11,679 nt of DNA from Octopus sinensis (taxonomy: Eukaryota): the NCBI RefSeq assembly GCF_006345805.1, contig NW_021826900.1, positions 1 through 11,679 on the forward strand. Reading direction: 5' to 3'. Shown in pieces: positions 1 through 9,815 of the stretch. Below the pieces are notes generated by a model. That model was not told the DNA's origin, searched no databases, and was given only the letters and a program-made list of their open reading frames with translations. The position numbers were made by a program, and so were the translations under genes. Numbering within the stretch: the stretch's first letter is position 1; every line of letters begins with the position of its first letter.

Positions 1-26
1 AACATATACACACACGTACATATATA

Positions 27-83
<57 letters not shown>

Positions 84-245
84 CGACAGGCTTCTTTCAG
101 TTTCCGTCTACCAAATCCACTCACAAGGCATTGGTCGGCCCGGGGCTATAGCAGAAGACACTTGTCCTAGATGCCACGCAGTGGGACTGAACCCGGAACC
201 ATGTGGTTGGTTAGCAAGCTACTTACCACACAGCCACTCCTGCGC
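1..245 (-). mobile_element. tRNA-derived SINE family A, copy A1 (head and core at 84-245, internal (TA)n to the left; runs off the window edge)
   Basis: The reverse complement of 84-245 matches 501-662 with about 11 mismatches in 162 bp (manual count). Bases 1-20 match the post-microsatellite segment of copy A2 (~691-709). Confidence 0.9.
18..83. repeat. (TA)n microsatellite internal to SINE A1
   Basis: Near-perfect TA dinucleotide run at the same position as the TA tract in copies A2 and A3. Confidence 0.97.
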
Positions 246-499
246 TTTTGTGGGATGTTTTCGATTCAAACAGAAAAGATGGAACATAACGAGCCAGAGA
301 TAATAGCAATAGATGAGGACAATCTAATCTACTTAGTGATTGAGTCATCATATTCAGGACTGCGAAGAAAAAGGAAGAAAATTTTAAAGTATAGAACCCC
401 TTTGAAATTCAGATCGTGAGAATTTGGAATATGAAAGTCGCAAAAGTTATATCTGTGATAATTGGTAAATTAAAGACTGAATAATGAGATAAATAATGA

Positions 500-914
500 G
501 GCGCAGGAGTGGCTGTGTGGTAAGTAGCTTTTTTACCAACCACATGGTTCCGGGTTCAGTCCCACTGCGTGGCACCTTGGGCAAGTGTCTTCTGCTATAG
601 CCTCGGGCCGACCAAAGCATTGTGAGTGGATTTGGTAGACGGAAACTGAAAGAAACCCGTCGTATATATGTATATATATATATATATACATGTGCGTGTG
701 TATACGTTTGTGTGTCTGTGTTTGTCCCCCTAGCATTGCTTGACAACCGATGCTGGTGTGCTTTTGTCCCCGTTACTTAGCGGATCGGCAAAAGAGACCG
801 ATAGAATAAGTACTGGGCTTACAAAAGAATAAGTCCTGGGGGTCGAGTTGCTCGATTAAAGGCGGTGCTCCAGCATGGCCACAGTCAAATGGCTGAAACA
901 AGTAAAAGAGTAAA
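500..914 (+). mobile_element. tRNA-derived SINE family A, full-length copy A2 (resembles the octopus OR-type CORE-SINEs)
   Basis: Order of parts: head GGCGCAGGAGTGGCTGTGTGGTAAG with pol III A and B boxes; ACCTTGGGCAAGT, which matches the MIR/CORE motif GACCTTGGGCAAGT; internal (TA)n/(TG)n at ~663-715; a 3' body; a short AGTAAAAGAGTAAA tail. Four homologous copies occur in the window. The family name is recalled, not searched. Confidence 0.9.
510..563 (+). promoter_or_regulatory. Internal RNA polymerase III promoter (A box and B box) of SINE A2
   Basis: A-box-like TGGCTGTGTGG at 510-520 and B-box-like GGTTCAGTCCC at 553-563, with tRNA-like spacing. Matching motifs occur in A1, A3 and A4. Confidence 0.7.
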
Positions 915-1110
915 TGGATAAAGGAACTTGGAAAGGAAGGTTCTGTAAGAGTTTTGCGGAAGGTTTGCCTCTAAGGAACAGGGAAGGGGTTTGAGCAGAT
1001 TATGGTTTATTGAAGTCATGTAGATATATGAGGTTACAAGGAATAACCCGCTACCCACATAAATTCTACCCGGAACAAAACCAACCGTGAATAAAGTGAT
1101 GATAACGATA

Positions 1111-1265
1111 GCTTCAAATTTTGGCAAGAGGTCAGCACTTTTAATGGGAGGGAATAAGTCGATTACGTCGCCCCTAGGACTTGACTGGTACTTTAATTTT
1201 ATCGATTCAGAAAGAATGAAAGGCAAAATCGATCTCGATAGAATTTGAACTCAGAACGTAAAGAC
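1111..1265 (-). mobile_element. SINE family B, diverged 5'-truncated copy B1
   Basis: Shares AAGTCGATTAC..CTGGTACTT..ATCGA..GAAAG.ATGAAAGGCAAA.TCGA with 1610-1687 and GAATTTGAACTC (reverse-complement B box, 1241-1252) with 2031-2042. Its 3' end differs from B2, suggesting another subfamily. Confidence 0.8.
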
Positions 1266-1486
1266 ACAAGGTCTAAGTGGGGGAGAAGGTAAGCCGCTGC
1301 TCAAATACCTCTTTCATCAAACAGCAGGAGTGGCTGTGTGGTAAGTAGCTTGCTTACCAACCACATGGTTCCGGGTTCAGTCCCACTGCGTGGCAACCTT
1401 GGGCAAGTGTCTTCTACTATAGCCTCGGGCCGACCAATGCCTTGTGAGTGGATTTGGTAGTGACGGAAACTGAAAGAAAGCTGTCG

Positions 1487-1540
1487 TATATATGTGTATA
1501 TATATATATATATATATAATATATTATATATATATATACA
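1487..1540. repeat. (TA)n microsatellite, left of B2
   Basis: Imperfect TA run. Confidence 0.95.
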
Positions 1541-1684
1541 TATTATTATTTCTTTACTACCCACAAGGGGCTAAAACAGAGGGGACAAACAAGGACAGAC
1601 AAACGGATTAAGTCGATTACATCGACCCCAGTGGGTAACTGGTACTTATTTAATCGACCCCGAAAGGATGAAAGGCAAAGTCGA

Positions 1685-1687
<3 letters not shown>
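1541..1687 (-). mobile_element. SINE family B, 3' fragment B2, nested in A3
   Basis: Reverse complement reads AGGTCGACTTTGCCTTTCATCCTTTCGGGGTCGATTAAATAAGTACCAG...CCCCTTGTGGGTAGTAAAGAAATAATAATA, ending in an (AAT)n-like tail. It is homologous to B1 and B3 and lacks the tRNA head. Confidence 0.85.

Positions 1688-1755
<68 letters not shown>
1688..1755. repeat. (TA)n microsatellite, right of B2
   Basis: Near-perfect TA run. Confidence 0.96.
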
Positions 1756-1761
<6 letters not shown>

Positions 1762-1995
1762 TGTGTGTGTATATGTTTGTGTGTCTGTGTTTGTCCCCCT
1801 AGCATTGCTTGACAACCGATGCTGGTGTATTTACGTCCCCGTCCACTTAGCGGTTCGGCAAAAAGAGACGGATAGTATAAGTACTGGGCTTACAAAGAAT
1901 AAGTCCCGGGGTCGATTTGCTCGACTAAAGGCGGTGCTCCAGCATGGCCGCAGTCAAATGACTGAAACAAGTAAAAGGGAGTAGAAAGAGAGTAA

Positions 1996-2115
1996 ACCCG
2001 AAAAGGTGAAAGGCAAAGTCGACCTCGACTGAATTTGAGCTCGGAGCAAAAAGCCGGAAGAGAAGTCGCTAAGCATTTTCTCCGGGCATGGTAATGATTC
2101 TGTCAGCCCACCGCC
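1996..2115 (-). mobile_element. SINE family B, 5' (tRNA-head) fragment B3
   Basis: Reverse complement starts GGCGGTGGGCTGACAGAATC, has a degenerate B box GAGCTCAAATTC, and continues GAGGTCGACTTTGCCTTTCA, which is shared with B2. Confidence 0.8.
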
Positions 2116-2446
2116 ATCATAATAACGACAATACGAAATCCTTTTATTCGCTACTGGCGCATGATATCAGGGGGATATTACAAGGGCAATTTATCAGTTG
2201 TGTAGGGTCTTACTTATAGGCGTCGTTTTTGCCACAGTCAACTATCTTTTGACAAATTCACTGGGAGGGAGCATCTCCATCTTCATCTTCACTTTCATTT
2301 CCAAGGGGAACTTGAAAACGTGGCCAAGGAAGAGAAAAGTGAATTGATGCAGGCGTGGCTGTGTGGTAAGAAGCTTGCTTCCCATACCACATGGTTCCGA
2401 GTTCAGTCCCACTTCATGAAACCTTGGGCAAATATCTTCTATTATA

Positions 2447-2682
2447 TTGGGTTGGTGCATAATTATTGCAGCTTTTTGCCAACAAATTTTATTTAACAAA
2501 AGCAATAACAATATTTTTACGAAAACATCTTTAAATGACAGTCTGATCGTCTGCCAAGCTAATGGGAAGCAGTGATTGAAGTAGATGGTGAATATGCTCC
2601 GGAATAATCATTTAAAGATGTTTTTGTTAAATATTATTGTTTTTGTTGAAAAAAAAGCCACAATAATTATGCACCGACCCAA
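2447..2682 (+). mobile_element. Non-autonomous, internally deleted Tc1/mariner element (MITE-like), 236 bp
   Basis: TA duplication at 2445-2446 and 2683-2684. Terminal inverted repeats TTGGGTTGGTGCATAATTATTG / CAATAATTATGCACCGACCCAA (1 mismatch in 22). Inverted homology extends inward to 2538 and 2608. The centre holds a transposase remnant. Confidence 0.9.
2545..2607 (+). pseudogene. C-terminal remnant of a mariner transposase
   Basis: Translates as DRLPS*WEAVIEVDGEYAPE*, matching the mariner C-terminal motif LPxRWxxVIxxxGEY, with one internal stop. Too short to appear in the ORF track. Confidence 0.8.
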
Positions 2683-3169
2683 TAGTTTCAAGCCGATCAA
2701 AGCCTTCTAAATGGATTTGGTAGATGGAAACTGAAAGAAGTCCTTGCTATCTTAAGCCAAATACACTAAGGACTCATCCTCGCTCCTTCACAAGCCTTTC
2801 TTAACAAAGACGAGAAACCACAATAAACTCTTCCGTTTGATTTAAGTATAACTCATTAGTGAGACACCTCGATGTGAAGAAAAGCAGAGCGAGATTCTTG
2901 CTGGTTTAAGCTTCGGGTCAGGCGAAATATTGAACGGTTCTCAGTAGGTTGTCTAATGATAATGGTGATAAAGGATGTTTCCTCATTAGAAGAGACTCGT
3001 CTGTGTAATTATAGTATTTTATATTAAAATATGTCATGTGATTAGGCTAAATTCGTTAATATTATTCAACAGCACGTATTCATTGCGAAAAACAAAATGT
3101 CTTAAATATTTTCAGAATGCTTGTTGTGTGCGTGTTTGTGGCTTTTTACGTGTCTTTGAGGTTGCGGGG

Positions 3170-3184
3170 TTGTGTAAGTGTGTG

Positions 3185-3222
<38 letters not shown>

Positions 3223-4472
3223 TGTGTGTGTGAGTGTGTGTCTGTATGTGTGTGTGTTGAATATGCTGTATTTGTCTTGTGCCATGTGTGTATGTGTACG
3301 TGTGTGTGTGTATGTGTGTATGTGTGTGGTGTGTGTGTGTGTGTGTGTGTGTTGAATATGCTGTATTTGTCTTGTGACATGTGTGTGTGTGTGTATGTGT
3401 GTGTATGTGTGTTGAATATGCTGTATTTGTCTTGTGACATGTGTGTGTGTGTGTGTTGAATATGCTGTATTTGTCTTGTGACATGTGTGTATGTGTGTAT
3501 GTGTATTGTGTGTGGTTGTGTGTGGTTGAATATGCTGTATTGTCTTGTGACAGGTGTGTATGTGTGGTATGTGTTGTGTGTGTGTTGTGTGTGTGTGTTG
3601 AATATGTCTTGTATTTGTCTTGTGACATGTGTGTATGTGTGTATGTGTAATGTATGTGTGTGTGTGTGTGTTGAATATGCTTGTATTTGTCTTGTGACAT
3701 GTGTGTATGTGGTATGGTGTATGTGTGTGTGTGTGTGTGTGTGTTTTGAATTGCTGTATTTGTCTTGTGACATGTTGTATGTGTGTATGTGTGTGTGGTG
3801 TGTGTGTGTGTGTGTTGAATATGCTGTATTTGTCTTGTGACATTGTGTATGTGTGTATGGTGTGTGTGTGTGTGTGTGTGTGTGTTGAATATGCTGTATT
3901 TGTCTTGTGACATGTGTGTATGTGTGTATGTTGTGTGTGTGTGTGTGTTGTGTTGAATATGCTGTATTTGTCTTGTGACATGTGTGTATGGTGTGTGTGT
4001 GTGTGTGTGTGTTGAATATGCTGTATTTGTCTTGTGACAGTGTGTATGTGTGTATGTGTATGTGTGTGTGTGTGTGTGTGTGTTGAATATGCTGTATTTG
4101 TCTTGTGACATGTGTGTATGTGTGTATGTGTGTGTTGTGTGTGTGTGTGTTGAATATGCTGTATTTGTCTTGTGACATGTGTGTATGTGTGTATGTTGTA
4201 TGTATGGTGTGTGTGTGTGTTGAATATGCTGTATTTGTCTTGTGACATGTGTGTATGTGTGTATGTGTGTGTGTGTGGTGTGTGTGTGTGTTGAATATGC
4301 TGTATTTGTCTTGTGACATGTGTGTATGTGTTTATGTGTGTGTGTGTGTGTGTGTGTGTGTTGAATATGCTGTTTTGTCTTGTGACATGTGTTGTATGTG
4401 TGTATGTGTGTGTGGTGTGTGTGTGTGTGGTGTTGAATATGCTGCATTTGTCTTGTGACATGTGTGTATGTG

Positions 4473-4504
<32 letters not shown>

Positions 4505-4808
4505 TGAATATGCTTTATTTGGTCTTGTGACATGTGTGTATGTGTGTGTGTTGTGTGTGTTGTGTGTGTTGAATATGCTGTATTTGTCTTGTGACATGTG
4601 TGTATGTGTGTGTGTGTGTGTGTGTGTGTTGAATATGCTGCATTTGTCTTGTGACATGTGTGTATGTGGTGTAATGTGTGTGTGTGTGGTGTGTGTGTGG
4701 TTTTGAATATGCTGTATTTGTCTTGTGACATGTGGTGTATGTGTGTGTGTGGTGTTGTGTGGTGTGTGTGTGTTGAATATGCTGTATTTGTCTTGTGACA
4801 TGTGTGTA

Positions 4809-4839
<31 letters not shown>

Positions 4840-4892
4840 GTGTGTGTGTGTGTGTGTTGAATATGCTGTATTTGTCTTGTGACATGTGTGTA

Positions 4893-4923
<31 letters not shown>

Positions 4924-5950
4924 GTGTGTGTGTGTGTGTGTTGAATATGCTGTATTTGTCTTGTGACATGTGTGTATGTGTGTATGTGTATGTGGTTTGT
5001 GTTTGTGTGTGTGTGTGTGTGTGTTGAATATGCTGTATTTGTCTTGTGACATGTGTGTATGTGTGGTATGTGTATGTGTGTGTGTGTGTGTGTGTGTGTT
5101 GAATATGCTGTATTTGTCTTGTGACATGTTTATGTGTGTATGTGTATGTGTGTGTGTGTGTGTGTGTGTGTTGAATATGCTGTATTTGTCTTGTGACATG
5201 TGTGTATGTGTGTATGTGTATGTGTGTGTGTGGTGTTGTGGGTGTTTGAATATGCTGTATTTGTCTTGTGCCATGTGTGTATGTATGTGTGTGTGTGTGT
5301 GTGGTGTGGTGTGTGGTTTGTGTGTGAATATGCTGTATTTGTCTTGTGACATGTGTGTATGTGTGTATGTGTATGTATGTGTGTGTGTGTGTGTTGAATA
5401 TGCTGTATTTGTCTTGTGACATGTGTGTATGTGTGTATGTGTATGTGTGTGTGTGTGTGTGTGTTGAATATGCTGTATTTGTCTTGTGACATGTGTGTAT
5501 GTGTGTATGTATAGTGTATGTGTATGTGTGTGTGTGTGTGTGTGTTGAATATGCTGTATTGTCTTGTGACATGTGTGTATGTGTGTAGTGTATGTGTATG
5601 TGTATGTGTGTGGTGGTGTGTGTGTGGAATATGCTGTATTTGTCTTGTGACATGTGTGTATGTGTGTATGTGTATGTGTATGTGTGTGTGTGTGTGTGTG
5701 TTGAATATGCTGTATTTGTCTTGTGACATATGTGTATGTGTGTGTGTGTATGTGTATGTTGTGTGTTGTGTGTTGAATATGCTGTATTTGTCTTGTGACT
5801 GTGTGTATGTGTGTATGTGTATGTGTGTGTGTGTGTGTGTGCGTTGAATATGCTGTATTTGTCTTGTGACATGTGTTATGTGTGTATGTGTAGTGTGTGT
5901 GTGTGTGGTGTGTGTTGAATATGCTGTATTGTGTCTGTGACATGTGTGTA

Positions 5951-5981
<31 letters not shown>

Positions 5982-6237
5982 GTGATGTGTGTGTTGAATA
6001 TGCTGTATTTGTCTTGTGACATGTGTGTATGTGTGTATGTGTATGTGTGGGTGTGTGTGTGTGTTTGAATATGCTGTATTTGTCTTGTGACATGTGTGTA
6101 TGTGTGTATGTGTAGGTTGTGTGTGTGTGTGTGTTGAATATGCTGTATTTGTCTTGTGACATGTGTGTATGTGTGTATGTTATGTGTATGTGTGTGTGTG
6201 GTTGAATATGCTGTATTTGTCTTGTGACATGTGTGTA

Positions 6238-6268
<31 letters not shown>

Positions 6269-6392
6269 GTGTGTGTGTGGTGTGTGTTGAATATGCTGTA
6301 TTTGTCTTGTGACATGTGTGTGTATGTGTGTATGTGTATGTTGTGTGTTGTGTGTGTTGAATATGCTGTATTTTTGTCTGGTGACATGTGTA

Positions 6393-6423
<31 letters not shown>

Positions 6424-6877
6424 GTGTGTGTTGTGTGTGTGGTTGAATATGCTGTATTTGTCTTGTGACATGTGTGTATGTGTGTGTGTGTGTGTGTGTG
6501 TTGAATATGCTGTATTTGTCTTGTGACATGTGTGTATGTGTGTATGTGTATGTGTGTGTGTGTGTGTGTTGAATATGCTGTATTTGTCTTGTGACATGTG
6601 TGTATGTGTGTGTGTGTGTGTGTGTGTGTTGAATATGCTGTATTTGTCTTGTGACATGTGTGTATGTGTGTGTGTGTATGTGTGTGTGTGTGTGTTGAAT
6701 ATGCTGTATTTGTCTTGTGACATGTGTGTATGTGTGTATGTGTATGTGTGTGTGTGTGTGTGTGTGTTGAATATGCTGTATTTGTCTTGTGACATGTGTG
6801 TATGTGTGTATGTGTATGTGTGTGTGTGTGTGTGTGTGTTGAATATGCTGTATTTGTCTTGTGACATGTGTGTATGT

Positions 6878-6909
<32 letters not shown>

Positions 6910-7347
6910 TTGAATATGCTGTATTTGTCTTGTGACATGTGTGTATGTGTGTATGTGTATGTGTGTGTGTGTGTGTTGTGTTGAATATGCTGTATTTGTC
7001 TTGTGACATGTGTGTATGTGTGTATGTGTATGTGTGTGTGTGTGTGTGTGTGCTGAATATGCTGTATTTGTCTTGTGACATGTGTGTATGTGTGTATGTG
7101 TGTGTGTGTGTGTGTGTGTGTTGAATATGCTGTATTTGTCTTGTGACATGTGTGTATGTGTGTGTGTGTGTGTGTGTGTGTTGAATATGCTGTATTTGTC
7201 TTGTGACATGTGTGTATGTGTGTATGTGTATGTGTGTGTGTGTGTGTGTGTTGAATATGCTGTATTGTCTTGACATGTGGTATGTGTGTGTATGTGTATG
7301 TGTGTGTGTGTGTGTGTTGAATATGCCGTATTTGTCTTGTGACATGT

Positions 7348-7381
<34 letters not shown>

Positions 7382-8112
7382 TGAATATGCTGTATTTGTC
7401 TTGTGACATGTGTGTATGTGTGTATGTGTATGTGTGTGTGTGTGTGTTGAATATGCTGTATTTGTCTTGTGACATGTGTGTATGTGTGTATGTGTATGTG
7501 TGTGTGTGTGTGTGTGTGTGAATATGCTGTATTTGTCTTGTAACATGTGTGTATGTGTGTATGTGTATGTGTGTGTGTGTTGTGTGTGTGTTGATATGCT
7601 GTATTTGTCTTGTGACACATGTGTATGTGTGTATGTTGTGTGTGTGTGTGTGTGTGTGTGTTGAATATGCTGTATTTGTCTTGTGACATGTGTGTATGTG
7701 TGTATGTGTATGTGTGTGTGTGTGTGTGTGTTGAATATGCTGTATTTGTCTTGTGACATGTGTGTATGTGTGTATGTGTATGTGTGTGTGTGTGTGGTGT
7801 GTGTTGAATATGCTGTATTTGTCTTGTGACATGTGTGTATGTGTGTATGTGTGTGTGTGTGTTGTGTGTGTGTGTTGAATATGCTGTATTTGTCTTGTGA
7901 CATGTGTGTATGTGTGTATGTGTGTGTGTGTGTGTGTGTTGAATATGCTGTATTGTCTTGTGACATGTGTGTATGTGTGTATGTGTATGTGTGTGGTGTG
8001 TGTGTGTGTTGAATATGCTGTATTGTCTTTGACATGTGTTGTTTGTGTATGTGTATGTGTGTGTTGTGTGTGTGTGTTGAATATGCTGTATTTTTGTTGT
8101 GACACATGTGTA

Positions 8113-8143
<31 letters not shown>

Positions 8144-9281
8144 TGTGTGTGTTGTTGAATATGCTGTATTGTCTTGTGACATGTGTGTATGTGTGTATGT
8201 GTATGTGTGTGTGTGTGTGTGTGTTGAATATGCTGTATTTTGTCTTTGACTGTGTGTATGTGTGTATGTGTATGGTGTTGTGTTGGGTGTTGATATGCTG
8301 TATTTGTCTTGTGACATGTGTGTATGTGTGTATGTGTATGTGTGTGTGTGTGTGTGTTGAATATGCTGTATTTGTCTTGTGACATGTGTGTATGTGTGTA
8401 TGTGTATGTGTGTGTGTGTGTGTGTGTTGAATATGCTGTATTTGTCTTGTGACATGTGTGTATGTGTGTATGTGTATGTGTGTGTGTGTGTGTGTTGAAT
8501 ATGCTGTATGTTGTCTTGTGACATGTGTGTATGTGTGTTGTGGTATGTGGTGTGTGTGTGTGTTGAATATGCTGTATTTGTCTTGTGACATGTGTGTATG
8601 TGTGTATGTGTATGTGTGTCGTGTGTGTGTGTTGAATATGCTGTATTTGTCTTGTGACATGTGTGTATGTTGTATGTGTATGTGTGTGGGGTGTGTGTGT
8701 GTTGAATATGCTGTATTTGTCTTGTGACATTGTGTATGTGTGTATGTGTATGTGTGTGTGTGTGTGTTGAATATGCTGTATTTGTCTTGTGACATGTGTG
8801 TATGTGTGTATGTGTATGTGTGTGTGTGTTGTGTGTTGAATATGCTTTATTTGTCTTGTGACATGTGTGTATGTGTGTATGTGTGTGTGTGTGTGTGTGT
8901 TGAATATGCTGTATTTGTCTTGTGACATGTTGTATGTGTGTATGTGTATGTGTGTGTGTGTGTGTGTGTGAAAATATGCTGTATTTGTCTTGTGACATGT
9001 GTGTTGTGTGTATGTGTATGTGTGTGTGTGTGTGTGTGTTGGATATGCTGTTATTTGTCTTGTGACATGTGTGTATGTGTGTATGTGTATGTGTGTGTGT
9101 TGTGTGTGTGTGTTGAATATGCTGTATTTGTCTTGTGACATGTGTGTATGTGTGTATGTGTATGTGTGTGTGTGTGTGTTGAATATGCTGTATTTGTCTT
9201 GTGACATGTGTGTATGTGTGGTATGTGTATGTGTGGTGTGTGTTGAATATGCTGTATTTGTCTTGTGACATGTGTGTATGT

Positions 9282-9313
<32 letters not shown>

Positions 9314-9493
9314 TGAATATGCTGTATTTGTCTTGTGACATGTGTGGTGTGTGTATGTGTGTGTGTGTTGTGTGTGTGTGTGTGTGTGTTGAATATGCTG
9401 TATTTGTCTTGTGACACGTGTGTATGTGTGATGTGTATGTGTGTGTGTGTGTGTGTGGTGTGTTGAATATGCTGTATTTGTCTTGTGACATGT

Positions 9494-9525
<32 letters not shown>

Positions 9526-9711
9526 TGAATATGCTGTATTTGTCTTGTGACATGTGTGTATGTGTGTATGTGTATGTGTGTGTGTGTGTGTGTTGAATAT
9601 GCTGTATTTGTCTTGTGACATGTGTGTATGTGTGTATGTGTATGTGTGTGTGTGTGTGTGTGTGTGTTGAATATGCTGTATTTGTCTTGTGACATGTGTG
9701 TATGTGTGTAT

Positions 9712-9742
<31 letters not shown>

Positions 9743-9815
9743 AGTGTGTGTCTGTATGTGTGTGTGTTGAATATGCTGTATTTGTCTTGTGCCATGTGTG
9801 TATGTGTGTGTGTGC
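3170..9815. repeat. Large compound minisatellite: 29-bp core TTGAATATGCTGTATTTGTCTTGTGACAT plus variable (GT)n/(ATGTGT)n spacer, ~93 units, mean period ~70 bp
   Basis: The core recurs from 3257 to ~9795 (manual count about 93). Spacers are mutually homologous and low in complexity, typically GTGTGTATGTGTGTATGTGTAT(GT)n, and differ mainly in length. Confidence 0.97.

Larger units (their letters stand above)
1324..1996 (+). mobile_element. SINE family A, copy A3, split by a family B fragment in its (TA)n core
   Basis: 1324-1486 matches the A2 5' half and ~1757-1996 matches the A2 3' half, including the AGTAAAAG-type tail. The halves are separated by (TA)n, B2 and a second (TA)n. Confidence 0.88.
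2349..2742 (+). mobile_element. SINE family A, older diverged 5' half A4, interrupted by a mariner element
   Basis: 2349-2446 matches the A head through CTTCTATTATA. 2683-2742 resumes TAG...GCCGATCAAAGCCTT...GGATTTGGTAGATGGAAACTGAAAGAAG, collinear with A2 after removing 2447-2684. Confidence 0.85.

Noticed and set aside
500-575. tRNA gene
   Set aside because: A and B boxes are present, but I could not build a complete cloverleaf and the sequence continues into a SINE body.
171-746. ORFs containing PRSGTEPGTMWLVSKLLTTQPLL (171-419, 447-746; also 1301-1564)
   Set aside because: Antisense translations of the SINE A head that recur with each copy. They are not a protein family.
484-922. Target-site duplication for SINE A2 (ATGAGATAAA at 484-493 versus ATGGATAAA at 914-922)
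   Set aside because: Imperfect, not adjacent to the 5' end, and expected by chance in AT-rich DNA.
2743-3170. Possible exon in unique sequence (also 246-499 and 2116-2348)
   Set aside because: No recognisable protein motif or convincing splice-site pair was seen. A small exon cannot be excluded without RNA-seq.
3257-9795. CRISPR array
   Set aside because: Spacers are homologous low-complexity GT repeats rather than unique sequences. There are no cas genes or leader, and the context is eukaryotic SINEs and a LINE.
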